Shown: positions 20,867 to 33,058 of the stretch, piece after piece
How positions within the stretch are numbered: position 1 is the stretch's first letter
How the letters are laid out: each line of letters starts with the position of its first letter
Assembly (NCBI GenBank): GCA_035456065.1
Contig: DATIDW010000006.1
Location: 6,513-70,512 of the forward strand
Origin: Thermomonas sp.
GTDB taxonomy: Bacteria; Pseudomonadota; Gammaproteobacteria; Xanthomonadales; Xanthomonadaceae
Reading direction: 5' to 3'
Length of the DNA: 64,000 bases
The notes under the pieces: generated by a model
Database searches by the model: none
The model's input: the letters and a program-made list of their open reading frames with translations, nothing else
What the model was told of the DNA's origin: nothing
Made by a program: the position numbers and the translations under genes

Positions 20867-22060
20867 ATGGCTCGAATCGTTTACTGCATTACGGACCAAT
20901 TTCGTCTGGTGTATCGCCCAGGCGCTGCAAATCTGCAGCTTGAGTGGCGCGAGAACGGTCGCTCCATTCGCCTCTCGACTGGGACTGCTGATCTAGACAA
21001 GGCCAAACGGCGCGCGCGTGAATTGATCCTTGCGCATGCAGATGTTCGTCAAGCTGACCCAACGGATGTATCCATCCTCGACTTGTTGGATCGCCACTAC
21101 CTTCGGCACGCGAGCAGTCTGGCCAGTGCCGGCAGTTACAAAGCGAGCTACAAGCTATGGCGTCAATTCTTTGGCAACGACACGGTCGCGCTTCTTTCGC
21201 CATCCCGGCAGCGCCAATTCAGGGCTTGGCTAGAGGCGCGCAAGCTGTCAGACAACTACGTGCGCCGCGTGGTAGGCGATGGCAAAGCCGCGATCAACCA
21301 CGCTTGGCAGGAGGGCGAAATCCAGCGGGTGCCCTTCATCAAGCTCCCGCCGGTCGCCGCGGGCTATCCGCATTGGGCGAAATTCGAACAGCTGGTGAAG
21401 TTCCTCAACACGCCTATGCCGGCGCACCTGTTTACCTACTGCATGATCCGGCTCAACACCGGGTGCCGCGGCGACGCCGCGCGCGACCTGCAACCGTTCC
21501 AGGTGGATTGGGATAGCGGCTTGGTGATGCTCAATCCCGCCGGTCGCCGGCAGACCAAGAAGTTCCGGCCCATCGTGCCCCTAACCGACCACCTGCGGGC
21601 CTACCTGGCCGCGCAGGGCGACGTCACCCGCTACGTGCACTGGCACGGCGCCTGGGTCGAGTCGATCAAGACCAGCTGGCGCGCGGTGCGCAAGGAAGCC
21701 GGCTTGCCGGTCTGGTTCTCGCCGAGGGTGTTGCGCCATACGGTCGGCACGGAACTGCGCCGGCGAGGGGTGCCGGGCTGGGACGTGTCCGGCCAGTTGG
21801 GCCACAAGAAGGGCGAAGCCGCCGGGACCACGGAAAACTACGCCAAATTCGACCCGGCCTTCATGGCCGCGGCAAAACAGGCGTTCGACGCTTGGATGCG
21901 GGAGCTTGCGGCAGAAGTGCCGCGGATGCGCGATGACACGGCGGTGACACGTGCCTGCGAAGGGGGTTCAGAAGAATCCACTGAAAGGCCCGTAAAAGCT
22001 GGCCTTAGAGTGGTGGGCGGTACAGGGTTCGAACCTGTGACCCCTACCATGTCAAGGTAG
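20867..22060 (+). CDS. Tyrosine recombinase/integrase
   Basis: TGCR, TKK, RVLRHT, LGH, TENY catalytic pattern; N-terminal RLSTGT arm-binding-like region; abuts and overlaps the tRNA att site. Confidence 0.93.
   Translation: MARIVYCITDQFRLVYRPGAANLQLEWRENGRSIRLSTGTADLDKAKRRARELILAHADVRQADPTDVSILDLLDRHYLRHASSLASAGSYKASYKLWRQFFGNDTVALLSPSRQRQFRAWLEARKLSDNYVRRVVGDGKAAINHAWQEGEIQRVPFIKLPPVAAGYPHWAKFEQLVKFLNTPMPAHLFTYCMIRLNTGCRGDAARDLQPFQVDWDSGLVMLNPAGRRQTKKFRPIVPLTDHLRAYLAAQGDVTRYVHWHGAWVESIKTSWRAVRKEAGLPVWFSPRVLRHTVGTELRRRGVPGWDVSGQLGHKKGEAAGTTENYAKFDPAFMAAAKQAFDAWMRELAAEVPRMRDDTAVTRACEGGSEESTERPVKAGLRVVGGTGFEPVTPTMSR
21930..21950. repeat. Putative integrase arm-type sites (tandem GCGRTGACAC) inside int
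   Basis: GCGATGACAC-G-GCGGTGACAC, about 60 bp from the att core. Confidence 0.7.
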
Positions 22061-22085
22061 TGCTCTACCGCTGAGCTAACCGCCC
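22011..22085 (-). tRNA. tRNA-Val (GAC), integration target
   Basis: GGGCGGTTAGCTCAGCGGTAGAGCA-CTACC-TTGACAT-GGTAG..GGTTCGAACC..CCA; 75 nt. Confidence 0.97.
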
Positions 22086-22170
22086 GGTTTCCCCAAAACA
22101 CGGGGGCGCGAATTGTAGCCCACGGCCCGCACTGCCGACAACAAGCCGGAGCCAGGGAGACCGGCAGCGC

Positions 22171-24213
<2,043 letters not shown>

Positions 24214-24370
24214 GGGGGCGTTCGCGAAGGCCAACCGCTGAGTTTACGCCGCCCGCGTGCATGGCCTGCGACGCGACTTCAGGGTTCCCCTACTCACGCC
24301 GGCGCATTCGCCCGATCCCGTGGTCCAACGCCCCGCCCTAGCCTGCTTCCAATCCATCGGGAGCCCTGCC

Positions 24371-24898
24371 ATGCGTCGCAAAGCCGGTTTCACCCTGATC
24401 GAACTGGCCGCCACGACGTCCGTGGTGGCGATCCTGGCCGGCATCGCCGCCCCCTCCCTGGCGGACTTCCTCGAACGCCAGCGCGCGTCCGCCGCGATGA
24501 ATTCGCTGCTGACACACATGGCGCTGGCACGCGTGGCCGCGATCACCCGCAACCGTCGCGCCGTGCTGTGCCCTTCCGTGGACGGGCAGCACTGCGAAAC
24601 GGGCACCGACTGGAGCAACGGCTGGATGCTGTTCCTGGACGAGGACGGCAACCGCACGCCGGATGCGGGCGACGAGATCATCCGCGTCGACCTGGAACCC
24701 ACCAGCCGCCATCTGCGCGTACTCAGCACGACGGGACGCTCGCAACTGCGCTATCTCCCGGACGGTCGCAGCGCCGGCACCAACCTGACCGTTTCGATCT
24801 GCAACCAGCGACAGGAATTGCTCGGCCAAGTGATTGTGAACAACATGGGGCGCCCGCGCAGCGAGCGGCCACAAGCGCCAACGCCGTGCCCTGCCTGA
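24371..24898 (+). CDS. fimT: GspH/FimT family pilin-like protein
   Basis: Class III signal GFTLIEL, LARVAAI..VLCPS, and a C-terminal GRPR motif. Confidence 0.85.
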   Translation: MRRKAGFTLIELAATTSVVAILAGIAAPSLADFLERQRASAAMNSLLTHMALARVAAITRNRRAVLCPSVDGQHCETGTDWSNGWMLFLDEDGNRTPDAGDEIIRVDLEPTSRHLRVLSTTGRSQLRYLPDGRSAGTNLTVSICNQRQELLGQVIVNNMGRPRSERPQAPTPCPA

Positions 24899-25001
24899 AC
24901 CACCACCCCGCCACAACCCTCGGACAGGCCGATGGGCCCTGACGAAGTGCGCATGTGTCCAGCTTGCCCGTCCGGATCGAGCCGACTACAATGCGCTCCC
25001 C

Positions 25002-25078
25002 GCCCGAATAGCTCAGCCGGTTAGAGCACTTGACTGTTAATCAGGGGGTCGTTGGTTCGAGTCCAACTTCGGGCGCCA
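25002..25078 (+). tRNA. tRNA-Asn (GTT)
   Basis: GCCCGAATAGCTCAG..CTTGA-CTGTTAA-TCAGG..GGTTCGAGTCC..GCCA; a TACAAT -10 lies just upstream. Confidence 0.97.
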
Positions 25079-25082
25079 GAAC

Positions 25083-25114
25083 ATGAAAAACCCGCCGAAA
25101 GGCGGGTTTTTCAT
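25083..25114. terminator. Bidirectional intrinsic terminator
   Basis: ATGAAAAACCCGCC-GAAA-GGCGGGTTTTTCAT between the convergent tRNA-Asn and pilE. Confidence 0.85.
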
Positions 25115-25144
25115 TGGGCGCTGCTCGCAATGGCGGACAGATCG

Positions 25145-25552
25145 CTACCAGCAGCCAGCCGTGCCTGGCGTTTTCGTGCCCGCCTGATCGATCCCCAGGT
25201 TGCCGCAGGGATCTCCCGATTGCTTGCCTGTCGGAGCAGCCTGGATCGAATAGGTCTTTGCTGCAGCCGCGGCGGGGAACGAGAAGTTATAGAACGTCAG
25301 CGTGTCCGGCTCGCAGATGGAGGTCAGCTGGGTGATCGTCGGCGTGCCCGTGGCGTTGTAGGCCAGGGCCGTGGTGTAGAACCGCTCCATGCGCTGTGCA
25401 GCCGCCAGCAAACATGTAGTACCGGCGGCGCGGCGGGTCTTGCGCATGTGATCGGTGTAGGCAGGCAGGGCGATGCTCGCCAAGATCCCGATGATCGCAA
25501 CCACCACCATCAGCTCGATCAGGCTGAAACCGGAAACGCGGGCGTTGCGCAT
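25145..25552 (-). CDS. pilE: Type IV minor pilin PilE
   Basis: [26 protein letters not shown]-terminal Cys pair ending CW; AAGGAG RBS. Confidence 0.9.
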   Translation of the reverse strand: MRNARVSGFSLIELMVVVAIIGILASIALPAYTDHMRKTRRAAGTTCLLAAAQRMERFYTTALAYNATGTPTITQLTSICEPDTLTFYNFSFPAAAAAKTYSIQAAPTGKQSGDPCGNLGIDQAGTKTPGTAGCW

Positions 25553-25581
25553 GCGGGCTCCTTGCGGGTTCATCGTCACGA

Positions 25582-28500
25582 TCAATCCTCCCTCATTTCG
25601 CGCCAGGAAACCCGATTCCATTGCGGCCGGCCCTTGCTGTACTTGCCGACGCCATCTGCGGTGCCGTAGCGACCTTCGCCAGGCAGCAACAGCGACAGGG
25701 TGGGAATACCGCTGGTCTTGACCGAACCGGTCGGCTTGCCGCTGGTGCCCGTGTCGTCGGTATTGCCATCACCGTCCAGGTCGAAATACGACCTCGTGCT
25801 GGCCGACATGTCGGCGAACGGGGTGATGGCATTGATATAGCCGCTGCCCGAAGCATCCGCGCACGAATTGCCGGAAGGCATCATGGTATTGAACTGCAGG
25901 TAGGATCCATCCATCTGCGCGTCCAGCACCATGCGCTCGCCATTGTCGGGCAGGTCCAGGTACCAGCCCTTGGTCGTCAGGTTGGTCAATTCCTGGAAAT
26001 AACGTTCGCCAGCACCGTCGGCCGTAACGCTGCGCGAGGTGAGGTTGCTGCGTTCGTAGGCCGAACCGGTGGTGATGTCGTCGATCACGCCATACACGCT
26101 CTGCTTGCCGCCGGCGATGTCGTTGGCGTCAGCCGCGGTCAGGAAGCTGCCGGTGCCGAAGAACACCCAGCGCTTGTTGCTGCGTGGATCGACCGCCGAG
26201 GCGATGCCGCCGGTGACCGGCTGCGGCGTACCCGCGGTCTTTTCCGCGTGGAAGATCTTCTTGGCCGACCATGAGCCAGGCGCGCTGGAGGTCAGGTCGA
26301 ACTTCCAGACATTGCCCTGCAGGTCGCCAGCATACGCATAGACCAGGGTCCTGCCATCCGCCGCGTAAACGCCGGTGGGAGCGAACAGGCCATTGTTGGT
26401 GGTGTTGTCGGTCGGGATTTCGCGGATCACCGAGCCATCGTCCATGTTCAGCACCAGCAGCACCGCCTTGTCGCTACCGCTGTTGATGCCGTTGCCCAAC
26501 ACCACCGCCGAGGTGGAAGTGCCGTTGCGCACCTTGGCCAACACCGACTTGCCCAGCACCAGGCCCATGTTGTCGGATGTACCTGTTCCCGTGGAAGAAC
26601 GTTCCCACTTGACGTTGCCGGTACCGAACGCGGCCGGGGTGGTCACGTCCAGCGCATACACGCCCTTGCCGCCGCGACCCAGCGAGCCGACCAGGATGTT
26701 CTTGTCCCCGGCCGGACTGATGCTGCGCGAGCTGATGCTGATCGGACCGTCCACGAACCAGCGATGGTCGTAATCGCGCCGGCTGAGGTCGGCCAGGTTG
26801 CCGAAGTTGATGATTCCCGGGATGTACGCGAACAGCTCCTGCCCATTGGCGGCGTTGAATGCGTGCAACATCCCATCGTTGGCGCCGATGAAGACCGTGT
26901 TGGTGTCCGCCACGTAGGTGGGGGAGGAATCCACGATGTCGCCCAGCAACGTGGTGCGCGGCCGCAACTTGCCGGGGGACACGCCTTCTTTCGCCTGGTT
27001 GCCCTTGATATAAAGCGCGTTGTCCGCGCCGGTGACCTCGTAGTTCGCCGGACCGCCGGTACGCACCAGGGCCGCTGTCTGCTGCGCGGTCGGGAACGTC
27101 GTCCCGCCACCGGTCCCGCCGGCACCCACGCCGCCGGTCAAGGTGCCGCCACGGGTATAGATATTGCGGCTGCCGTAGGCCGGGATGCTGCCCGAGTTCG
27201 TGGTCTTCCAGACCTCCGCGCCGGTCAGTGCGTTTTCCGCGCGCAGCAGGCCAGTCCAGCGGCCAGAGACATAGCTGGCGCTGAAAATCATCGTGCCCGT
27301 GTTGAGGTTGGTCGAGCTGGTTGCACCCACGTTGGAGAACGAGGCGGTGCGTTCGCTGATTTTCGCCAGTGCGGCCTCCAGGCCATCGGCGAACGCCTGC
27401 GGGCTGGACGCGGACACGAAGGTGCCGCGCCCGTTCACCGCGGCATGCAGCAGGTCGTCGATGTTGTCGACGTCATCTTCGCCCGGGGCCGCCCAAGTCG
27501 TGGCGGCGGTGACTTCGGACACGCTGGACAGGCCGCTCGCGGCCTTCAGGCCGATCGAGATGGTGAAGGTGACCATGTGCTGCCAGAACGCCGGATCCTT
27601 GCCGACCGCATTGTTCTCGGCGGCGATCTTGGAATACTCGCTGGGCACGTTGTTGGTCAGGTCCGTGCGCAGGTCGGTCTTCCAGTACTTCATCGCCACG
27701 TCGGCCAAGGTGTTGCTATTGCTGTCCTTGTAAGGCAGGGCCTGCGTGTACTGGTAGGTCTTGTAGTTGGGGTCGGCCGCGGGCACCGGGCTGTTGGTGA
27801 TGACACTGCCGTTGCTGCCATCGCCGCCAGTACCGGTCGCAATCGCGTCGCCGTTCCAGTAGCCGTCCGTCGTCAGCACGGTGAAGTTCTGCCGGCACGA
27901 CAGCTGGTTGGTGCCGGTTTCAGGCCCGTAGGGGCCGCTGCCGCCAGTGCCCTGGAAGTACTGGCCGGCACCGTCCAGTACCGACTGCAATGGCGTGCCG
28001 CTACCGGAGCTGGCCGCGAACAGGCGGTTGAACCAGACGGAACGGCTGGTGGTGCTGGGGTTGCCGTTGGTGCCGTCGTTGTTCACGAAGCGGCCGTCGT
28101 TGCCGTCCTGCACCGGGATGTTGTAGTTGCTGCTGCCGTTCTGGTGCAGGCTGCGATAACCCACGCGCACCTTGTTGCCCTGGGTGTTGAAGGCTTCCGC
28201 GGCACCGCCCTTGGCGGTCTTGATGCGGGTGCGGTAATACGAGTACCACGTCGCGAAATTGGTCTTCTCCGCAGCCACCGTCCGCTGCGTGGTACCGCCA
28301 CTGGCGGCATCTGGCACGACCGGAGTTTGTTCCTCGCAGCCGACCCAGCTCCACGCGTTCGCGGTGAAGCTGCTCCCGTCGCAACTGGTGCTGGTGCGCG
28401 CCGTCAGGCTGTACGTCCTGTTGCTACCGGTATCGCCGCTCCTCTGCAGCCTGATGCTGTAGGTGCCCGCCGACGTATTCGTCGCGATGCACGTTGCGCT

Positions 28501-29382
28501 GCTGGCTTCGGCGGCCGTCCCGGAACACGCGACGGCTCCGGAAGGATCGAGGACCGAATAATCCAGGCTTCGCGTACCGGTGCCGCTTGACGTGTTGTTG
28601 ATGGTGAACTCGACCGCCCGGTTCTCGGTTACCGATCCCGTCGTGCTGATCGCCACCGTGGTGCTGGTGGTCGTGCCGGACGTGGGACTGATACTCGGAC
28701 TGCTCGCGGTGACCGCGACCTGTCCCCACGCGGCACGCATGATACGAGTCGTGGTGCCGGCAAGGATCTGGAAACGATAGTAGTTGCCGACATTCGACAG
28801 GTAGGTCGTGTTGCCGCCCTCGGCCTTCGGCGCATAAAACGTGCGGGTCGCGCCGGTCAGGTTCAGCTGTGCGCTGCTGGTTGTGTTTTCCACACCCGTG
28901 TAATCAACGAAATTGGTATTGCTGTAAGCATCGTCATAACTGGTGCCGCCAGTCAGGCGGACCCCGGTGGAGTTGTACCAGGGCTCGTACGTGACGGACG
29001 GGTTGTAGTACAGCGTGTTGGTGCTGTAGTTCTGGTCGTACATTTCGCTGTTGCCGACGTTGTCGGTGTAGTCGCCGGTGTTGCCCGATGACACGCCGGC
29101 AGTGTCGGGGCCATCGTTGAAGCTGCCCGAGCCGGTGATTGCGCTGATATCGCCGTTATTGATGTTTTCCCACGCCATCGACCCGGAATCGTCCAGGATG
29201 AACAGGACGTTCGGTGCCACCCGAACGCCTGACGCCAGCGGATCACCGGGGATGATGATCGCGGCGTTCACCGGCACGGCGAGCAAGGTGGCCATGAAGA
29301 CTGCAGGCAGCACCCGCCATTCGGCGCGCGGGCGCGCGGTGGGGAGCAGCTTGCGTTCGGTACGGGGGGACTTGCGGTTCAT
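25582..29382 (-). CDS. pilY1: Type IV pilus adhesin PilY1/PilC
   Basis: vWA-like FILDDSGSM and LTTDG; beta-propeller motifs [36 protein letters not shown]; ends RVSWRE. Confidence 0.92.
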   Translation of the reverse strand: MNRKSPRTERKLLPTARPRAEWRVLPAVFMATLLAVPVNAAIIIPGDPLASGVRVAPNVLFILDDSGSMAWENINNGDISAITGSGSFNDGPDTAGVSSGNTGDYTDNVGNSEMYDQNYSTNTLYYNPSVTYEPWYNSTGVRLTGGTSYDDAYSNTNFVDYTGVENTTSSAQLNLTGATRTFYAPKAEGGNTTYLSNVGNYYRFQILAGTTTRIMRAAWGQVAVTASSPSISPTSGTTTSTTVAISTTGSVTENRAVEFTINNTSSGTGTRSLDYSVLDPSGAVACSGTAAEASSATCIATNTSAGTYSIRLQRSGDTGSNRTYSLTARTSTSCDGSSFTANAWSWVGCEEQTPVVPDAASGGTTQRTVAAEKTNFATWYSYYRTRIKTAKGGAAEAFNTQGNKVRVGYRSLHQNGSSNYNIPVQDGNDGRFVNNDGTNGNPSTTSRSVWFNRLFAASSGSGTPLQSVLDGAGQYFQGTGGSGPYGPETGTNQLSCRQNFTVLTTDGYWNGDAIATGTGGDGSNGSVITNSPVPAADPNYKTYQYTQALPYKDSNSNTLADVAMKYWKTDLRTDLTNNVPSEYSKIAAENNAVGKDPAFWQHMVTFTISIGLKAASGLSSVSEVTAATTWAAPGEDDVDNIDDLLHAAVNGRGTFVSASSPQAFADGLEAALAKISERTASFSNVGATSSTNLNTGTMIFSASYVSGRWTGLLRAENALTGAEVWKTTNSGSIPAYGSRNIYTRGGTLTGGVGAGGTGGGTTFPTAQQTAALVRTGGPANYEVTGADNALYIKGNQAKEGVSPGKLRPRTTLLGDIVDSSPTYVADTNTVFIGANDGMLHAFNAANGQELFAYIPGIINFGNLADLSRRDYDHRWFVDGPISISSRSISPAGDKNILVGSLGRGGKGVYALDVTTPAAFGTGNVKWERSSTGTGTSDNMGLVLGKSVLAKVRNGTSTSAVVLGNGINSGSDKAVLLVLNMDDGSVIREIPTDNTTNNGLFAPTGVYAADGRTLVYAYAGDLQGNVWKFDLTSSAPGSWSAKKIFHAEKTAGTPQPVTGGIASAVDPRSNKRWVFFGTGSFLTAADANDIAGGKQSVYGVIDDITTGSAYERSNLTSRSVTADGAGERYFQELTNLTTKGWYLDLPDNGERMVLDAQMDGSYLQFNTMMPSGNSCADASGSGYINAITPFADMSASTRSYFDLDGDGNTDDTGTSGKPTGSVKTSGIPTLSLLLPGEGRYGTADGVGKYSKGRPQWNRVSWREMRED

Positions 29383-29409
29383 GGCGTGACTCGTGGATGC
29401 AATGGGGTT

Positions 29410-29991
29410 TTACTGGGGCTGGCTGATGATGTTCGACTGCAGCACGACCTGGGCCACGCCGCGGCCGCGGCCATAGGACGTGACGCGGAACATCGGGCGT
29501 TCGCACAGATAACGTGGTGCGGAGGAGGTATTGCAGACGCCCCGCACTTCCGAACTCTCGCCCTTGGCGTTGCCCAGGTATTCGACGGTGAAGCCATAGC
29601 GGGCGCCGTTCGCCATGGTGGTCCATGCGGCCGGTGCGCTGGGGGCTGTTTGCCAGGTCGCTGCATTGGCCGGATCACTGCGATCGCAATAACCACCGGC
29701 GCAGTTCAGGCCCGCCGCGGTGCGCAGCGCCGTGAAGGTCTGGCTGCCATTCCACATATTGTTGAAGGTGCCCTTGATCACGGTCGTCTGGGCCACGATC
29801 AAGCCGGTCTCGGCCGCCTGCACCGCTTGGTTGCGATCGACCATGTTGGCGCTCATGCGCTCCTGCATGGCGGAACTGCGCAGCACCGCGATGCCCAACA
29901 CGGACATCACCAGCAGCAGGATCAGCACCACCAGCAGCGAAACGCCCTGCTGGCGCCGGCTCGGCGCAGGAGGTTGGACCAGCTTGCTCAT
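29410..29991 (-). CDS. pilX: Type IV minor pilin PilX
   Basis: QQGVSLLVVLILL..QERMSAN..QAAE; position in the operon. Confidence 0.88.
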   Translation of the reverse strand: MSKLVQPPAPSRRQQGVSLLVVLILLLVMSVLGIAVLRSSAMQERMSANMVDRNQAVQAAETGLIVAQTTVIKGTFNNMWNGSQTFTALRTAAGLNCAGGYCDRSDPANAATWQTAPSAPAAWTTMANGARYGFTVEYLGNAKGESSEVRGVCNTSSAPRYLCERPMFRVTSYGRGRGVAQVVLQSNIISQPQ

Positions 29992-30869
29992 GGCGCGCGG
30001 CTCCTGACGGCGGTGATGTTGGACGTGCTGCGGGTGATGTAGTTGCTGCCATCGACCTGGACGTCACCGCCCGTGGTCTGCTGGCCGCGCAGGGTGAGGT
30101 TCACCCGCACCGCGACCACGTCGGGCCAGGAGGGTGCGGTGGTGTAGCTGACTCCATCGTCCTGGCGATAGCTCACATTCAACGCGGTCACGCCCGGCAC
30201 GACCGCCTCGGCCACGCCGTTCCTGCTCGTATAGAGGGAACCGGCGTTCAAGTACCACCGGGCGGTGCGGAAACGCGCCGCGGACACGCTGGCCGCCGGC
30301 GCATTGCCTGGGTCGTAGATGGGTTCCGGCGTGGCCGGGGAAAACGCCAGGGTCTTGGCCGCATCATTGACGCCGCCACCACTGATCGTCACCACGTACA
30401 TCAGGGTGGCGTTGCACAGCAGGAGCTTGTCGCCCGCCTTGAATCCGTCCGAAAGCTTCCAGCCAGGAGGGAGGGGCGAGGGATCCGCGATCGTCACGCT
30501 GGAGGTGGTGGCGGCGGTGACCTGGTAGGAAGCGTCATCACCGGAGAGCACCGTGAACTCGCTGCCGGTGCCGCTGATCGGGGCAATCAGCAGGTTGGTC
30601 TCGTCGGCCGTGTAGGTGTGCTCCTCGTCCGGCCGGGCGAGCTTGGAGCAGGCCGTGCCCCCCGCCGCGCGGATGTCGCGCGACATCATTTCATAGGCCG
30701 CGCGCGCACCTTCCTGGATGCGATTCTGTCCTTCGTTGGCGCCGAACGTGCGCTGGTTGGACTGGAATACGGCGATGGCGGCGCCGAGCACCAGCAAGCC
30801 CAGCAGCAGCGAAATCATCAGTTCGATCAGGCCGAAACCGGCATCCCGGCGAATGCGCGACCGGCTCAT
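29988..30869 (-). CDS. pilW: Type IV minor pilin PilW
   Basis: GFGLIELMISL..QEGAR..RDIRAAG. Confidence 0.85.
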   Translation of the reverse strand: MSRSRIRRDAGFGLIELMISLLLGLLVLGAAIAVFQSNQRTFGANEGQNRIQEGARAAYEMMSRDIRAAGGTACSKLARPDEEHTYTADETNLLIAPISGTGSEFTVLSGDDASYQVTAATTSSVTIADPSPLPPGWKLSDGFKAGDKLLLCNATLMYVVTISGGGVNDAAKTLAFSPATPEPIYDPGNAPAASVSAARFRTARWYLNAGSLYTSRNGVAEAVVPGVTALNVSYRQDDGVSYTTAPSWPDVVAVRVNLTLRGQQTTGGDVQVDGSNYITRSTSNITAVRSRAP

Positions 30870-31348
30870 ATCTGCGCCTCCACCGACAGCGAGCGCCCGC
30901 TGCCGCCAACATCGGTGCCGGCGCGCGAGTCGTCCCAGAACACCGTGATGGTGCAGTTGGTCGCGTTGGCGTCGTCACAGTTGGTGATCTGGCCGCAGGT
31001 CGTGCTGTCGCTCGTGCCGGAGCCAATGGTCGACTTCAGGTCGGTGATCCACGCGATCTTGTCGTTCGCGACCGCGCTGCCGCCGGCCGTCGGGATGGTG
31101 CAGGTCTTGGCCATGTTGTAGCTGTCGGCTGCGGTGCGGTTGGCGCGGATGGCTTCCAGGATGGAGTTGGTGGCCATCACCGCCTGGGTGCTTTCCAGCG
31201 ACCCCTGCCCGCCGCGCAGGGCCATCGACTGCATCGCGGCGATGCCGAGCAGGCCCACGGCCAGCACCATCACCGAGACCATTACCTCGATCAATCCGAT
31301 GCCACGCGCATGGCGCGGCATCGTGGAGGGGCGCGAACGACGGATCAT
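30866..31348 (-). CDS. pilV: Type IV minor pilin PilV
   Basis: GIGLIEVMVSVMVLAVGLLGIAAMQ..ITVFWDD; ATG overlaps the upstream TGA. Confidence 0.88.
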   Translation of the reverse strand: MIRRSRPSTMPRHARGIGLIEVMVSVMVLAVGLLGIAAMQSMALRGGQGSLESTQAVMATNSILEAIRANRTAADSYNMAKTCTIPTAGGSAVANDKIAWITDLKSTIGSGTSDSTTCGQITNCDDANATNCTITVFWDDSRAGTDVGGSGRSLSVEAQI

Positions 31349-31854
31349 CAACAAGCTCCCTTGGCCACGGTTACCACGCCACTGATCAACACGGTGAGAC
31401 AACGCTGGTGGCTCGACTTGGTGACCTGCAATTGCACTTGGCTGTCGATCATGCCGGATGCCTTGTACACGACGCCCGCCGCAGGCCCCGTCACCTGCAC
31501 CGTGGAGCTGGCGCTGGTGTCGCGGATGACATCGGTGGTCGCAGTTGCAGCCGTGTTGTCCCTGCCGAAGATCGTCCAGTTGTCCCAGGTGGTACTGCCG
31601 CTGCAGGTCGAGCCGGTTCCCGCGCAGACAGTGACCCGCGCATTGCGGCGGATCGCTTCCGCCCTCGCCAGCTGCAGCGAAGCCACGAGTTCCTCGGCCT
31701 GGCCGACGGCACGCCTGTTGTTGATGATTTCGGTCATGTTGGGAGCGGCGATGGCGGCCAGGATCACCATCACCGCGACGGTCACCATCAGCTCGATGAG
31801 GGTGAAACCACGACTTCCGCCCGGCTTCCGGCAGGTGGTGCGACGTTGCGACAT
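31348..31854 (-). CDS. fimU: FimU/FimT family minor pilin
   Basis: GFTLIELMVTV..LQLARAEAIRRN..VTVC; first gene of the minor pilin operon. Confidence 0.8.
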   Translation of the reverse strand: MSQRRTTCRKPGGSRGFTLIELMVTVAVMVILAAIAAPNMTEIINNRRAVGQAEELVASLQLARAEAIRRNARVTVCAGTGSTCSGSTTWDNWTIFGRDNTAATATTDVIRDTSASSTVQVTGPAAGVVYKASGMIDSQVQLQVTKSSHQRCLTVLISGVVTVAKGAC

Positions 31855-32006
31855 GGAGCCCCCACGATTCGACGTTCAAGACCTTATCGGCCGGATTTGG
31901 GCTTCGCCACCGATCCCCGATGGGCGGCCCGTCCACCGGCATGAAAGGCTGCGGACGCAGCCTGCCCGGCACGGCATGATAGGCCAATCCCGTCACCGGC
32001 CCTGCC

Positions 32007-33020
32007 TTGGACACCACCGCCACCGCCCCCGCCCCGCTCGATGCCCTGTGGCGCCCGACGGCCCTGATGGCCGTGCTCCTTGCCGGAGAGGCCCTGGCCC
32101 TGCTGCTGGCATTGGCACCCGGAACCGACGGCTGGCTGGTGCGGCTCGGGCTTGCCTCGCTCGGGATCCAGTGGATCGCCGTCGGCACATTGTGCGCACT
32201 GTTCCTGTTGCGACATCCATTGGGGCGCCTGGCCCCGATGCAGCTGGCCTGGGCGTGCCTGGGCGTGCTGCTGGCAATGACCTCGCTGGTTGCCGGCGCT
32301 GCCTGGGAATTGCTGGGGATGACGACGGCCCCCGGCGTCGGCAGGGCATCGTTCGTGCTGCGGATGCTGGCGCTTGCCTTGGTGGTGGGCCTGCTGGGCT
32401 TGGTCACCTACCAGAACTACTGGCAGGCAAGACAGCTTGCGGTTCGCGCAAAACAGCTTGAGCTGGAAGCGCTGCAGGCCCGGATCCGCCCGCATTTCCT
32501 GTTCAACACGCTCAATACCGGCGCCGCCCTGGTGCATGCACGGCCCGCCGACGCGGAACGACTGCTGCTGGATCTCGCCGACCTGTTCCGCTGCGCGCTG
32601 CGCGGCCCGCAGCAGATCCCGCTGGTCGAGGAGTTGGCGCTCACCCGCCGCTACCTCGAGATCGAGGCACTGCGCTTCGGCGACCGCCTCCGGCTCGACT
32701 GGGATCTCCCGGCCGCCATTCCCGACGTTCTCGTGCCATCCCTCTCGATCCAGCCGCTGGCGGAAAACGCGATCCGCCACGGCATCGAGCGCCGGCCGGA
32801 TGGCGGCGCCGTGGATGTCGCCGTCCGCCTGTCCGGCGACCGGGTGGAGATCACCGTCGTCAACGACATGCCCGGCACAGCCGGCGGCGGCGGCGGTCAT
32901 GCCGTCGGGCTGGCCTCCGCGCGCGAACGCGTGCATGCGCTCACGGATGGCCGCGGGCGGGTCGAATCGCGCGTGGAGGATGGCCGCTATGTGGCCATCG
33001 TGCACCTGCCGCTGGCGTAG
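32007..33020 (+). CDS. LytS/AlgZ(FimS)-type sensor histidine kinase
   Basis: Several TM helices, LQARIRPHFLFNTLN, IQPLAENAIRHG. Confidence 0.88.
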   Translation: MDTTATAPAPLDALWRPTALMAVLLAGEALALLLALAPGTDGWLVRLGLASLGIQWIAVGTLCALFLLRHPLGRLAPMQLAWACLGVLLAMTSLVAGAAWELLGMTTAPGVGRASFVLRMLALALVVGLLGLVTYQNYWQARQLAVRAKQLELEALQARIRPHFLFNTLNTGAALVHARPADAERLLLDLADLFRCALRGPQQIPLVEELALTRRYLEIEALRFGDRLRLDWDLPAAIPDVLVPSLSIQPLAENAIRHGIERRPDGGAVDVAVRLSGDRVEITVVNDMPGTAGGGGGHAVGLASARERVHALTDGRGRVESRVEDGRYVAIVHLPLA

Positions 33021-33058
33021 CCGCGGCCGATGGCCGCGACAGGCGCGCCGTCAGGGCG

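Larger units (their letters stand above)
11257..22060. mobile_element. Integrative genomic (defence) island in tRNA-Val(GAC), ~10.8 kb
   Basis: Flanking 51-bp direct repeats, tyrosine integrase at the tRNA end, visibly lower GC than the flanks, and interruption of the tRNA-Val/thrS adjacency. Confidence 0.95.

Noticed and set aside
25002..31854. Pilin cluster as an island integrated at tRNA-Asn
   Set aside because: No integrase or tRNA 3' duplication seen; the location fits normal backbone.
30866..32407. 513-aa PilV fusion in the ORF track
   Set aside because: The upstream part overlaps fimU and the kinase in other frames; the real pilV starts at 31348.
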